Of a stretch of 64,000 nt of DNA, positions 47,449-56,728 are shown piece after piece. The notes beneath the pieces were generated by a model that did no database searches, was not told where the DNA came from, and saw only the letters and a list, made by a program, of their open reading frames with translations. The position numbers and the translations under genes were made by a program. The stretch lies in contig JBKAGP010000001.1 in the NCBI GenBank assembly GCA_046290465.1, forward strand, positions 6,208,001 through 6,272,000, given 5' to 3'. How positions within the stretch are numbered: position 1 is the stretch's first letter; each line of letters starts with the position of its first letter. The stretch is from Planctomycetota bacterium (lineage in GTDB: Bacteria > Planctomycetota > UBA1135 > UBA2386).

Positions 47449-48264
47449 CTACGCCTTAGGGCGTGGTCGCGGGGCGCACAACAGGCTATCGCATGGGCCG
47501 TTCGGGTGGCGACCGGTCACCGCGCCGGTTTCTGGAACAGGGTCGCTTCTGGAACAGGGCCGCTTTTGGAACAGGGCCGCGTAGCCGACCGCCGTGCTGC
47601 GGCTCTCGCGCAGCTCGATGGTCCACCGCCGCACCGTCGTGAGCAGGCGCGGCGCCTCGCCGACGATCTCGCGCTGGACCAGGCCGGCGCGCTGCGCCAT
47701 CGCCTCGAGCTCGCCGGGGCGCACGAACAGGCGCCAGTCGTGCGTGCGCCGGGGGATCAGCCCGAGGCCTTCGCCGAGCCAGATGGCCAGCAGGCGCGAG
47801 CGCAGCGTGCGGTCGATGGTGTTGACGAACAGGTGTCCGCCGACGCGCAGCACGCGCGCGGCCTCGGCCACCGCGCGTTCGGGCTCGGGCACGTGTTCGA
47901 CGACGTCCGCGAGCAGCGCGACGTCGGCACAGCCGTCGGCGAGCGGGGCCTGCAGCAACGTGCCGCAGGCCGGACGGAATGCATCGCCGTGGGCGCGCGC
48001 CTCCTGCTGGGCTTCGTGCAGCGCCTGCCGGGCGAGGTCGACGCCGACGACGCGCGCACCGAGGCGGGCGAGCGGCAGCGACAGCAGGCCACCGCCGCAA
48101 CCGAGGTCGACGACCTTCTGGCCGCGCCAGTCGTCGCCGAGCCAGCGCCGCAGCAGCCCGATGCGGAACGCGCTGACGCGGCGCAGCGAGGCGAACGCGC
48201 GGCAGCGTTGGTCCCACCAGCCTCGCTGGTCGAACAGGGTCAGGTCCTGGTGCGTTTGCGCCAC
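47449..48264 (-). CDS. UbiG-like SAM-dependent O-methyltransferase
   Basis: WWD..F..L, VDLGCGGGLL, VVEHVPEP, NTIDRT and THDWRLFVRP motifs; start re-called to GTG 48264 with AAGGAG upstream. Confidence 0.88.
   Translation of the reverse strand: MAQTHQDLTLFDQRGWWDQRCRAFASLRRVSAFRIGLLRRWLGDDWRGQKVVDLGCGGGLLSLPLARLGARVVGVDLARQALHEAQQEARAHGDAFRPACGTLLQAPLADGCADVALLADVVEHVPEPERAVAEAARVLRVGGHLFVNTIDRTLRSRLLAIWLGEGLGLIPRRTHDWRLFVRPGELEAMAQRAGLVQREIVGEAPRLLTTVRRWTIELRESRSTAVGYAALFQKRPCSRSDPVPETGAVTGRHPNGPCDSLLCAPRPRPKA
47530..47580. repeat. Three tandem 17-bp copies within the 3' end of the methyltransferase gene
   Basis: TTCTGGAACAGGGTCGC / TTCTGGAACAGGGCCGC / TTTTGGAACAGGGCCGC. Confidence 0.95.
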
Positions 48265-48454
48265 GGTCGCTAGGTCGGCTCCTTCGCGGGCGTCGTGTGC
48301 GGGGCGCACGGGGCACACGGGGCGCACGGGGCGCTGCCGCGCGTCAGGCTGGGTGGGGCTTGCATGGAGTTCGTCGACAGTAGACGCTCGGCGCGGCGCG
48401 CGCGCGAGGTGTCGGTCGGTTCCCGGGGCGGTCGCCCTGGCGGTCCGGCACGCG

Positions 48455-50467
48455 ATGGCGCGTCGGCGCCGACCCGTTGCTCCGATCGTGACCTTCCGAT
48501 CTCCGCTGACCCGACCCAGCTGGCTGCTGTTCGTCGCCGCCACGTTGGTGCTCGGCGCCGGGCTGCTGCTGCAGCGGGTCGACCCCGAGAACCGGGCGCT
48601 CAAGGTGCCGGACGGCCTCGCGGCGCGGCATCTCGCGGAGCTTCGTGCGGTCGTGGCCGACGACCCGATGCTGCTGGTCGCGTTTGTCACGGCCGGGGAC
48701 GGGCAGCTGGTCGACGACGACCGCCTTCGCCTGCAGGAGCTCGCGACCGAGCTGCAGGACCTCGCCGGGGTGCACGAGGCCGAGGTCGTCGAGGTCGCCG
48801 ACCCGGGCATCGCGCTGCTGCCGATCGCGCTGGTCGACGGCGGCGACGAACTCGACCCGTTCGTGACCGCGCGGGCCTGCGTCGAGCGGGCGCGGGCGGC
48901 GGCGCCGTCGACGCTCGAGGTGCTGGCGACCGGGTTGCCGTTGGTCGAGGGCACGATCGCGCGGCTGGTCGCGGGCGAACGCACCACCATCGTGCCGGTG
49001 CTGCTGTCGGTGCTGCTGCTCGCGGCGTGGCTCGCCTACCGACGGTTCGTGTTCGCCGCGGCGGTGCTGATCCCGGCGGTCTCTGCGATCGCCTGGACCG
49101 GTGGCGCGATCGCCTGGCTCGGCCACCGCCTCGACCCCGTGGCCGCGCTGCTCGATCCGGTGCTGCTGACCATCGGGGTGGCGGCGAGCGTGCACTTCGT
49201 CGAGGGCTTCCGGCGCGCGCGGAGCGCCGGCGAGGGCGTCGCGGACGCGCTGGCGACGGCGCACGCGCAGCTGCGGCGGCCGGCCTTCTGGGCGACCGGC
49301 ACGACGATGCTCGGGCTGCTGTCGCTGACCGTCAACGACACGCCGGCGGTCGTCGACTTCGGCGTGCGCGCCGCGCTCGGCGTGGCGCTGACGCACCTGT
49401 TCACGTTCACGCTGCTGCCGGCCTGGCTCGGAGGTCTGCTGCACGACGCGTCGCCGGTCGCCGCGGTGCGTGCGCGCGCCGTCGGTGCCGCCTGGGTGCG
49501 GCAGCTCGAACGGTTCCGCGTGGTGACGGTCGCGGTGGCGGCGGCGGCGATCGCCCTCGGCGCCTCGGGGCTCGGCAGCCTGCGCACCGAGAACGACCCG
49601 CTCGACCTGCTGCCCGAGAGCAACGCCGCGCGCGCCGACCACGACGCGCTGGCCGCGCGGCTCGGGGGCGTCGAGACGTTCCACGTGCTGGTGCGCGAGG
49701 CGAGCCCGGCGACCGATCCGAGCCGGCTGCTGCCGTTGCTGGCCGAGGTGCGCAACCAGGGAGACGTCGTCGGGCTGGCCGGGCCGGTCCAGCGCGGCGT
49801 CGAGGGCGATCTGGCCGCGCCGCTGCTGCTGCGGCCGTCGGGCAGCACCTCGCGCGCCGGCTCGTTCGCCGCGATCGAGCGCGTCGCCCGGCTGCTCGGC
49901 CTCGACGAGGTCGTCGCCGCCGGACGTTCGGTGCGCATCGCGCGCGACTCGGTGCTGTTGATGCATGGCCTGATGGGCAGCCTGTTGCTGTCGCTGCTGG
50001 TGCTGACCGCGGTGATGGCGATCGGGCTGCGTTCGCTGCGGCTGGCGCTGGCGGCGATGGTGCCCAACCTGCTGCCGTCGCTGTGGCTCTACGGCGGCCT
50101 CGGCCTCGCCGATCGACCGCTGTCGGTCGCGACCGCGATGATCGGCTGCACGATGCTCGGGCTGATCGTCGACAACACGCTGCACCTGCTGCACCACTAC
50201 CGCGCGGCGCGTCGCGAGGTCGGTTCGCGCGCGGCGATGACCGGCGCGCTCGATCGCTGCGGCCGCGCGATCTCGCTGTCGACGGTGGTGCTGATGCTCG
50301 GCTTCTCGACCACCACGATCAGCAGCCTGTCGACGACCAAGGAGTTCGGCCTGCTGGCCGCGGCGACCATCGCGATGGCCTGGTTCGGGACCGCGGTCCT
50401 GCTGCCGACGCTGCTGCTGTCGCGCGCCGAGCCGCGCGCGGCTGCGGGAGGTGCGGATGCGCACTGA
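48455..50467 (+). CDS. MMPL/RND family transporter
   Basis: Two repeated TM bundles with TTMLGLLSL..DFG and GLIVDNTLH..EFGLL; start is 48455 or 48488. Confidence 0.85.
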   Translation: MARRRRPVAPIVTFRSPLTRPSWLLFVAATLVLGAGLLLQRVDPENRALKVPDGLAARHLAELRAVVADDPMLLVAFVTAGDGQLVDDDRLRLQELATELQDLAGVHEAEVVEVADPGIALLPIALVDGGDELDPFVTARACVERARAAAPSTLEVLATGLPLVEGTIARLVAGERTTIVPVLLSVLLLAAWLAYRRFVFAAAVLIPAVSAIAWTGGAIAWLGHRLDPVAALLDPVLLTIGVAASVHFVEGFRRARSAGEGVADALATAHAQLRRPAFWATGTTMLGLLSLTVNDTPAVVDFGVRAALGVALTHLFTFTLLPAWLGGLLHDASPVAAVRARAVGAAWVRQLERFRVVTVAVAAAAIALGASGLGSLRTENDPLDLLPESNAARADHDALAARLGGVETFHVLVREASPATDPSRLLPLLAEVRNQGDVVGLAGPVQRGVEGDLAAPLLLRPSGSTSRAGSFAAIERVARLLGLDEVVAAGRSVRIARDSVLLMHGLMGSLLLSLLVLTAVMAIGLRSLRLALAAMVPNLLPSLWLYGGLGLADRPLSVATAMIGCTMLGLIVDNTLHLLHHYRAARREVGSRAAMTGALDRCGRAISLSTVVLMLGFSTTTISSLSTTKEFGLLAAATIAMAWFGTAVLLPTLLLSRAEPRAAAGGADAH

Positions 50468-51671
50468 CGTGCTGGTCGTCGGCGCCGGTCCTGCCGGCAG
50501 CGCGCTCGCGCGGCAGCTGGCCGCGGGCGGCGTGCAGGTGCTGCTCGCCGAGCGCAAGCGGTTCCCGCGCGACAAGCCGTGCGGCGACTTCCTCAGTCCG
50601 CAGTGCCAGCCGCTGCTCGATCAGCTCGGGCTGCCTCGGCTGCTCGCCGACCTGGGCGCGCACCGCGTCGACGGCATGCGCCTGCACGACGGCACGAACG
50701 TCGCGCCGGGGGCCTTCCGGGCCGTCGCCGACGATGCGCCGGTCTGCGGCTTCGGGGTGCGACGTTCGGCCTTCGACGCCGCACTGCGCGAGGCCGCCAC
50801 CGACCAGGGCGTCGCCGTGCTAGAACGGCACGCGTTCGAGGCCCTGCGTCGCGACGGCGACGGCCGCATCTGCGGCGCTCGCCTGCGGGATGCCGACGGC
50901 CGGCCGGTCGAGGTCGAGGCGCGGTTCGTCGTTGGCGCCGACGGGGTGCACTCGCGGGTCGCGCGCGATCTCGGCGTGCAGCAACAGGAACGGTGGCTGC
51001 AGCAGTTCGCGCTGGTCGCGCACTTCGAAGGGGTGGCGCCGCTGCCGAGCGCCGAGGTCCACCTGCTCGAGGGCGGCTTCTTCGCGGCGACGACGGTCGA
51101 ACAAGGCCTGTTCGGCGTCAACCTGGTGCTGCCGCAGCCGGCGCTGCGCGCGCGCGGCGAGCGCAGCTGGGACGCGTTCGTGGCCGAACGGTTCGACGCC
51201 GCGCCGGCCATCGCCGCGCGCCTGTCGGCGGCCCGCCGCCTGGCACCGTGGCGCGGCATCGGGCCGTTTGCGTACCGCACGCGCACCCAGGCCGTGCCGG
51301 GGGCGGCGCTGGTCGGCGATGCGGCCGGCTACGTCGATCCGCTGACCGGCGAGGGCATCTACTTCGCGCTGTTCGGGGCGCGCGCGCTCGGCCGCGCGGT
51401 GCGGCGGGCGCTCGACCGACCGGGCGACGAACGGTCCGCGCTGCGCGCTTACTGCCGCGAACGGCAGCGCGAGCTGGGGCCGCGGTTGCGGGTCGCGCGG
51501 CTGCTGCAGCGCGGCCTGCGCTCGCCGTGGGTGGTGCGCCGCGTGGTCGCGGGCCTGCGCCGGTGGCCGGCGCTGGCCGACCTGGTCGTGACCATGAGCG
51601 GCGACACCGTGCACCCGCGGCAGCTGTGGCGGCCGGGCTTCTGGCGGGCCTTCCGGGAGGCGCGCGCATGA
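50457..51671 (+). CDS. FAD-dependent oxidoreductase (geranylgeranyl-reductase-like)
   Basis: VVGAGPAGS, FPRDKPCG, GADG and VGDAAGYVDPLTGEGI motifs; GGAGG RBS. Confidence 0.92.
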   Translation: MRTDVLVVGAGPAGSALARQLAAGGVQVLLAERKRFPRDKPCGDFLSPQCQPLLDQLGLPRLLADLGAHRVDGMRLHDGTNVAPGAFRAVADDAPVCGFGVRRSAFDAALREAATDQGVAVLERHAFEALRRDGDGRICGARLRDADGRPVEVEARFVVGADGVHSRVARDLGVQQQERWLQQFALVAHFEGVAPLPSAEVHLLEGGFFAATTVEQGLFGVNLVLPQPALRARGERSWDAFVAERFDAAPAIAARLSAARRLAPWRGIGPFAYRTRTQAVPGAALVGDAAGYVDPLTGEGIYFALFGARALGRAVRRALDRPGDERSALRAYCRERQRELGPRLRVARLLQRGLRSPWVVRRVVAGLRRWPALADLVVTMSGDTVHPRQLWRPGFWRAFREARA

Positions 51672-52390
51672 GGCGGCTCGATGGCTGGATCCTCGCCCCG
51701 GTCCTGCTCGGACTGCTGTGCTTCGTGCCGCGCGCGCTGCCGACGCCGGCTGTCGCGTCGCCGTCGCGCGCGCGCTCGGTCGCGCTGCCGCAGCTGCAGC
51801 GAGCGCCGGAGCGGGCGCGCGAGCGGCGCTTCGAGCTCGACGTCGAACGCTCGAGCATGCGGTTCCTGGTGGGGCACGACGGCGGCAGCGTGCTCGTGGC
51901 GTGCTCCGCCGGCGGCGGCGAACTGCTGCTCGGGCCAGCCGACCAGGATGGCGCGCTGACCCTCGAACTCGACCTGTCGTCGCTGCAGGTGGTCGAGGCC
52001 TCGGCCGGAGGACCGAGCCTCGACGACGTGCTCGCCGTGCTCGGCGAGCCGCGGCTGACGCTGCGCGCCCAGCACCTCGGGGTCGCATCGGGCGACCTGC
52101 CGCGGGTCTGGCAGGACCGCTGGCGCGGCACCGTCGGCCTCGGCGCGAGCGTCGTCTCGCGGCCGCTGTCGTCGTGGCGGTGCGCGCTGCCCGGCCGGCG
52201 TCTGCGCACCCAGACGTGGTTCGCGCTCGCCGGTGCCGATGCGGCTGGCGGCGACGCCGACCGCGGTGGCATCGATCCCGGGGGCGCGGTGGGGCCGTGG
52301 CTGCAGAGCCTGGACCCGCGCTACGCCGTCACGATCGGGTTGGACCTCGCGTGGCGGCGGAGTCGGGGGACCGGAGGCCGGGGGAACTGA
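51668..52390 (+). CDS. Secreted hypothetical protein, possibly a YceI-like beta-barrel
   Basis: ATGA overlap; signal-like N-terminus; FELDVERSSMRF..LELDLSSL resembles YceI strands. Confidence 0.5.
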   Translation: MRRLDGWILAPVLLGLLCFVPRALPTPAVASPSRARSVALPQLQRAPERARERRFELDVERSSMRFLVGHDGGSVLVACSAGGGELLLGPADQDGALTLELDLSSLQVVEASAGGPSLDDVLAVLGEPRLTLRAQHLGVASGDLPRVWQDRWRGTVGLGASVVSRPLSSWRCALPGRRLRTQTWFALAGADAAGGDADRGGIDPGGAVGPWLQSLDPRYAVTIGLDLAWRRSRGTGGRGN

Positions 52391-52522
52391 GGGAGAGGCC
52401 GGGTCGCGCATCGGCCTGCGGGGGCGCGCGCGGATCCGTGTGCGCCGCTCCCAGCCCGTTGCCCCGGCGCGTCCGATGCGCAACGATGGCGACGCCCCTC
52501 TCCCCTCCGAGTCCCGTCGTCG

Positions 52523-53689
52523 ATGCCGAAGAAACTGCAGCGCCGCATCTCTGCCCCGAAGGCTTCGCCTGCGGCCGTCCAGAAACGCCCCTCCGGAGGT
52601 GATTCCGGCGGCGGGGGCCTGTCCCTGCCGTTCGGCAAGAACCGCGTCACCGCCAAGGTGCTGGCCGAGTTCACCAGCCAGCTGGCGGTGCTGCTCAACG
52701 CCGGCATCCCGATCACCAAGAGCCTGCGCATCCTCGAGGGCCAGATGCAGCAGGGCGCCATGAAGCGCATCGCCGGCCAGCTGGTCGAGGACGTCGAGGG
52801 CGGCACGGCGCTGTCCGAGGCGATGGCCAAGCACGAGGGCGTGTTCGATCCGCTCTACACCAACATGGTGCGCGCCGGCGAGGCCGGCGGTGTGCAGGAG
52901 GAGATCCTCAACCGCCTGAGCGGCTTCCTGGTGCAGAGCGAGGCGATCAAATCGCGCGTCAAGGGCGCGCTCGCCTACCCGGTGGCGATCCTGATCGTCG
53001 CGATCCTGGTGCTGCTGCTGGTGTTCGCGTTCGTGATCCCGAAGTTCCGGCAGGTGTTCTCGACGCTCGGCGAAGGCAACCTGCACTGGACCACCGAGTG
53101 GGTGATGGGCATCGGCGACCACCTCAAGGTCTGGTGGTGGAGCTACCTGCTCGGCGCGGTGCTGCTCTACGCGCTGCACCGGCTGTTGATGAGCAAGGCG
53201 ATGGGCTACCGCAGCGTCATGCACAAGGCGGCGCTACACATGCCGCTGTTCGGCGGGCTGGTGCACAAGAGCCTGGTGGCGCGGTTCGCGCGCACGTTCG
53301 GCACGCTGATCCAGTCGGGGGTGCCGCACCTAGACGCGCTCGACATCCTCAACGCGTCGACCAACAACGTGCACATGAAGTCCGCCGTCGGCGACGTGCA
53401 GTCTTCGATCCGCGAGGGCGCCGGCTTCGCGGTGCCGATGGGGGAGAGCGGCATGTTCGACGACATCGTCATCAACATGGTCGACGTCGGCGAGCAGACC
53501 GGCGAACTCGACGGCATGCTGACCAAGATCGCCGACCGCTACGAGACCGAGGTCGACCAGACGGTCGAGACGACGTTCAAGCTGATCGAGCCGATCCTGC
53601 TGGTGGTGATGGCCGTGATCGTCGGCTTCATCGTGTTTGCCCTGTTCATGCCGCTGTTGACGATGATGCAGCAGATGAGCAAGAGATAA
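52523..53689 (+). CDS. Type II secretion F / type IV pilus platform protein (PilC family)
   Basis: FTSQLAVLLNAGIP, MVRAGEAGG, ALAYP, VGEQTGELD and LIEP motifs. Confidence 0.93.
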   Translation: MPKKLQRRISAPKASPAAVQKRPSGGDSGGGGLSLPFGKNRVTAKVLAEFTSQLAVLLNAGIPITKSLRILEGQMQQGAMKRIAGQLVEDVEGGTALSEAMAKHEGVFDPLYTNMVRAGEAGGVQEEILNRLSGFLVQSEAIKSRVKGALAYPVAILIVAILVLLLVFAFVIPKFRQVFSTLGEGNLHWTTEWVMGIGDHLKVWWWSYLLGAVLLYALHRLLMSKAMGYRSVMHKAALHMPLFGGLVHKSLVARFARTFGTLIQSGVPHLDALDILNASTNNVHMKSAVGDVQSSIREGAGFAVPMGESGMFDDIVINMVDVGEQTGELDGMLTKIADRYETEVDQTVETTFKLIEPILLVVMAVIVGFIVFALFMPLLTMMQQMSKR

Positions 53690-53693
53690 CGGC

Positions 53694-55175
53694 GTGTCGC
53701 TGGCGTGGCGCATCCTGCTGTTCGCGCTGCTGCTGAACGTGATCACGGTCGGCAGCCTGCAGATCATCGTGCACGAATCGCACCAGCAGTGGTTCGAGAG
53801 CCAGCGCAGCGTGTTCGAGGTGCAGGTGCAGGACTCGTTCGCCGAGCTCGAACGCGTCTACACGCCGTCCGCGATCGACGACGCGTCCGCCAACGCCGGC
53901 ATCGTGCGCAGCCTGCTGCGCAACGAGTCGCTGCGTGAGCTCTACGACGACGTCATCGTCACCAGCGGCCGGCCGCCCTACACCGACGTCTACCTCAACT
54001 CGCTCGGGGCGCTGCACCGCGACCCGGACACGTTCAACCTCGACGAGATCGTCAGCGGCATCTCGCGTGCGCGCAAATCGGACGGCGGGCTGGTGTCGGT
54101 CGCGGACGGCTACTGCCGCGCGCTGCGCCGGGACGGCCGGATCGTCGGCTACCTGTGGTTCGTGCCCAAGTTCAAGCCGCAGCTGCCGACCAGCCTGCCG
54201 CTGTGGTCGGCGTTCGTCGGCGTCGCGATCTCGACGCTGCTGTTCAGCGCGGTGCTGTTCTGGCTGACGCGGCGCGCGGTCGCGCGGCCGCTGCAGGACA
54301 TCGGGGAGGCGGCGCAGGCGGTCGCCAGCGGCCACTACGACGTGCGCCTGCCCGAGACGCGCAGCGTGCCCGAGCTGGGGCCGCTGGTCGCGACGTTCAA
54401 CCGGATGGCGCACCAGGTCGAGAGCCACACCGCGACGCTCGAGCACGCCGTGCGCGAGGCGGTCGCGGCGACCGAGCAGAAGGAACGCGCGCTGGTGCAG
54501 AGCTCGCGGCTGGCGACGATCGGCACGCTCGCGGCCGGCGTCGCGCACGAGATCAACAACCCGATCGGTGGCATGCAGAACGCCGTGCACCGGCTGCTGC
54601 AGGCCGACGACCTGACCGACAAGCAGAAGGTCTACCTCGAACTGCTGCGCGACGGCCTGCAGCGGGTCGCCGGCACCACGCGCCGCATGCTCGAGTTTGC
54701 CCCGAAGGACGCCGAGCCGAAGGCGTTCGACGTGGTCGCCGCGATCGAGGGCGCGTTCGCGCTGGTCGAGCACCGCTGCAAGCAGGAGAACGTGCGCTTC
54801 GAGCTGCGCGCCGACGACGGCCTGCCGTCGGTGCACGGCGACGCGCACGAGATCCAGCAGGTGGTGCTCAACCTGCTGCTCAACTCGCTCGACGCGATCG
54901 ACGGCCGCGGCGGCGCGATCACCGCGACCGCGACGGGCGGCGACGGCCTGGTCCGCGTCGAAGTCGCCGACGACGGTCCCGGCATGCCCGAAGAGCTGCA
55001 GTCGCGCATCTTCGACCCGTTCTTCACCAGGAAGACCCGCCCCGACGCCAGCGGGCTGGGCATGTTCATCAGCTACTCGATCATCCAGAACCACGGCGGC
55101 ACGATGCGCATCGAGTCGCGGCCGGGCGAAGGCTTTTGCACCCGGATCGAGCTACCGGTGTCGCAGGCCGGCTGA
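53694..55175 (+). CDS. HAMP-domain sensor histidine kinase
   Basis: Two TM segments and HAMP; AGVAHEINNP, QVVLNLLLNS, DDGPG, FDPFFT and GLGM motifs. Confidence 0.93.
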   Translation: MSLAWRILLFALLLNVITVGSLQIIVHESHQQWFESQRSVFEVQVQDSFAELERVYTPSAIDDASANAGIVRSLLRNESLRELYDDVIVTSGRPPYTDVYLNSLGALHRDPDTFNLDEIVSGISRARKSDGGLVSVADGYCRALRRDGRIVGYLWFVPKFKPQLPTSLPLWSAFVGVAISTLLFSAVLFWLTRRAVARPLQDIGEAAQAVASGHYDVRLPETRSVPELGPLVATFNRMAHQVESHTATLEHAVREAVAATEQKERALVQSSRLATIGTLAAGVAHEINNPIGGMQNAVHRLLQADDLTDKQKVYLELLRDGLQRVAGTTRRMLEFAPKDAEPKAFDVVAAIEGAFALVEHRCKQENVRFELRADDGLPSVHGDAHEIQQVVLNLLLNSLDAIDGRGGAITATATGGDGLVRVEVADDGPGMPEELQSRIFDPFFTRKTRPDASGLGMFISYSIIQNHGGTMRIESRPGEGFCTRIELPVSQAG

Positions 55176-55202
55176 CCGCGTCGCAGGCCGGCTGACCGCG
55201 TC
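55160..55202. repeat. 20-bp tandem duplication spanning the histidine kinase stop codon
   Basis: GTCGCAGGCCGGCTGACCGC occurs twice in tandem. Confidence 0.95.
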
Positions 55203-55245
55203 AGGGGCCGCCTGCTGCGTCGACGGCGCGAGGCGCTACCGCGGC

Positions 55246-56280
55246 CTACTCGGTGGCCTCGGCGGCCGGGCCGCCGCCGGCTTCGCTGCTGGCGGGCGCC
55301 TCGGAGCCGCTGTAGAGCCAGACCTGGTTCTTGCCGCGGCGCTTGGCCTCCTGCAGCGCGCGGTTGGCGTTGCGGCGCAGCTGGTCGACGCTGCTGGCCT
55401 TGCGGCCGTCGTAGCTGTCGACGCCGATCGAGACCGTGACCTGCCGCTCGTACGAACTGCTGGTGACGTTCATGCCGCTGATGCGCTGGCGGATGCGCAG
55501 CGCGGTCTGCACCGCCTCGGCCGGGCTGGTCTGGGGCAGCAGCACGCAGAACTCGTCGCCGCCGAAGCGGGCGGCGAAGTCGGTCTCGCGCACGTTGCCC
55601 TTCAACGCGTCGGCGACGCGGCGCAGCACCTCGTCGCCGAACGCATACTCGGTGGTGTCGTTGACGTCCTTGAAGTTGTCGACGTCGATCAGCAGCAGCG
55701 ACAGCGGGTTCTGGTGGCGCTGGGCGCGCTTCCACTCGAGCCCCATGATCCGCTTCATGTAGAGCTCGCTGGTCAGGCCGGTCTTGAAGTCGACGCTGAC
55801 CTGGCTCTCGAGCTGGCGGGCGCGCGACTGCAGGCCACGGATCCGGACGCGCGTCTGCAGCGCCATCTCGACGCGGTGCACGACCTCGGCGGCCGAGCAC
55901 GGCTTCAGCACGAAGTCGCGGAACGGCACCTGCATGTTGCGGGCGTCGCTCAGCGCCGCGAGGTCCTCGACCAGCAGGATCACCGGGATCGGGTCGTCCT
56001 CGAGCTGGATCCGTTCGAGCAACTCCAACTCGACGCCGTCCTCGCACATCACCAGTGGGTTGAGCAGCACCACGTCCGGGCGGTCCTCGCCGGCCAGCCG
56101 GTGGCTCTGGGCCAGGCTGTTGCCGAGCCGCACCTCGTAGCCGTTGCGCGCGAGGGCCGTGGTGACCTCGTCGAGCGGGTCCCGGTTGTGGTTCATCACG
56201 AGGACGACCTGGCTGGTCGCCTCGGACGATCGCTCGGGCTGCTGGCCGCCGGACATGCGCTGGGTATCGGTGCTGGACAC
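55246..56280 (-). CDS. Diguanylate cyclase with an N-terminal receiver-like domain (start uncertain, 56256-56424)
   Basis: DFKTGL, IDVDNFKDVND and RETDFAARFGGDEF motifs; REC-like N-terminus. Confidence 0.9.
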   Translation of the reverse strand: MSSTDTQRMSGGQQPERSSEATSQVVLVMNHNRDPLDEVTTALARNGYEVRLGNSLAQSHRLAGEDRPDVVLLNPLVMCEDGVELELLERIQLEDDPIPVILLVEDLAALSDARNMQVPFRDFVLKPCSAAEVVHRVEMALQTRVRIRGLQSRARQLESQVSVDFKTGLTSELYMKRIMGLEWKRAQRHQNPLSLLLIDVDNFKDVNDTTEYAFGDEVLRRVADALKGNVRETDFAARFGGDEFCVLLPQTSPAEAVQTALRIRQRISGMNVTSSSYERQVTVSIGVDSYDGRKASSVDQLRRNANRALQEAKRRGKNQVWLYSGSEAPASSEAGGGPAAEATE

Positions 56281-56639
56281 AGGTGTGAGCTGGCTTCCCG
56301 GGACATGTGCGACGGCAGGATCGTAGGTCACGGGCTGGCGAGAGATCTCTTGCTGGAACGGTGTGTGGCGAGTCGGGGGGAAGACGGGTCGGGGTTGTGC
56401 TTGGGGGAGTGGCAACCCCAACATGTCGTCCCGACGGGTCCACGGTGGCCCGGCGCAGCAATCTGCGTCGTTGGGCCGGTATGCACCAGCAGGAGTCCCT
56501 GACCGCGGCCGAGTCTACCAGGACCGGCGCGGCGCGAAAGGGGCGCATCGGCCCCGATCGGCCAGATCTGGCGGGCCCTCGGCCGGCATTTCGGTGCAGG
56601 GGACCGGCCAGAGGTGCCGTCGACGGGCCGGATCCACGC

Positions 56640-56667
56640 TTGACGGCATCGCGGCGGTCCCTACAAT
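56640..56667 (+). promoter_or_regulatory. Putative sigma70 promoter of the rpsB-tsf operon
   Basis: TTGACG, 16 nt, TACAAT, about 60 nt before rpsB. Confidence 0.7.
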
Positions 56668-56728
56668 CCTCCGCCCTTCATTCGTCCTACGACGCCCATT
56701 TGAACCCGAGGCAAGGAGCCCGCCGCAC

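Noticed and set aside
47449..48264. Assigning the symbol ubiG to the methyltransferase
   Set aside because: The family resemblance is clear, but the PKS context and absence of other ubi genes leave orthology unproven.
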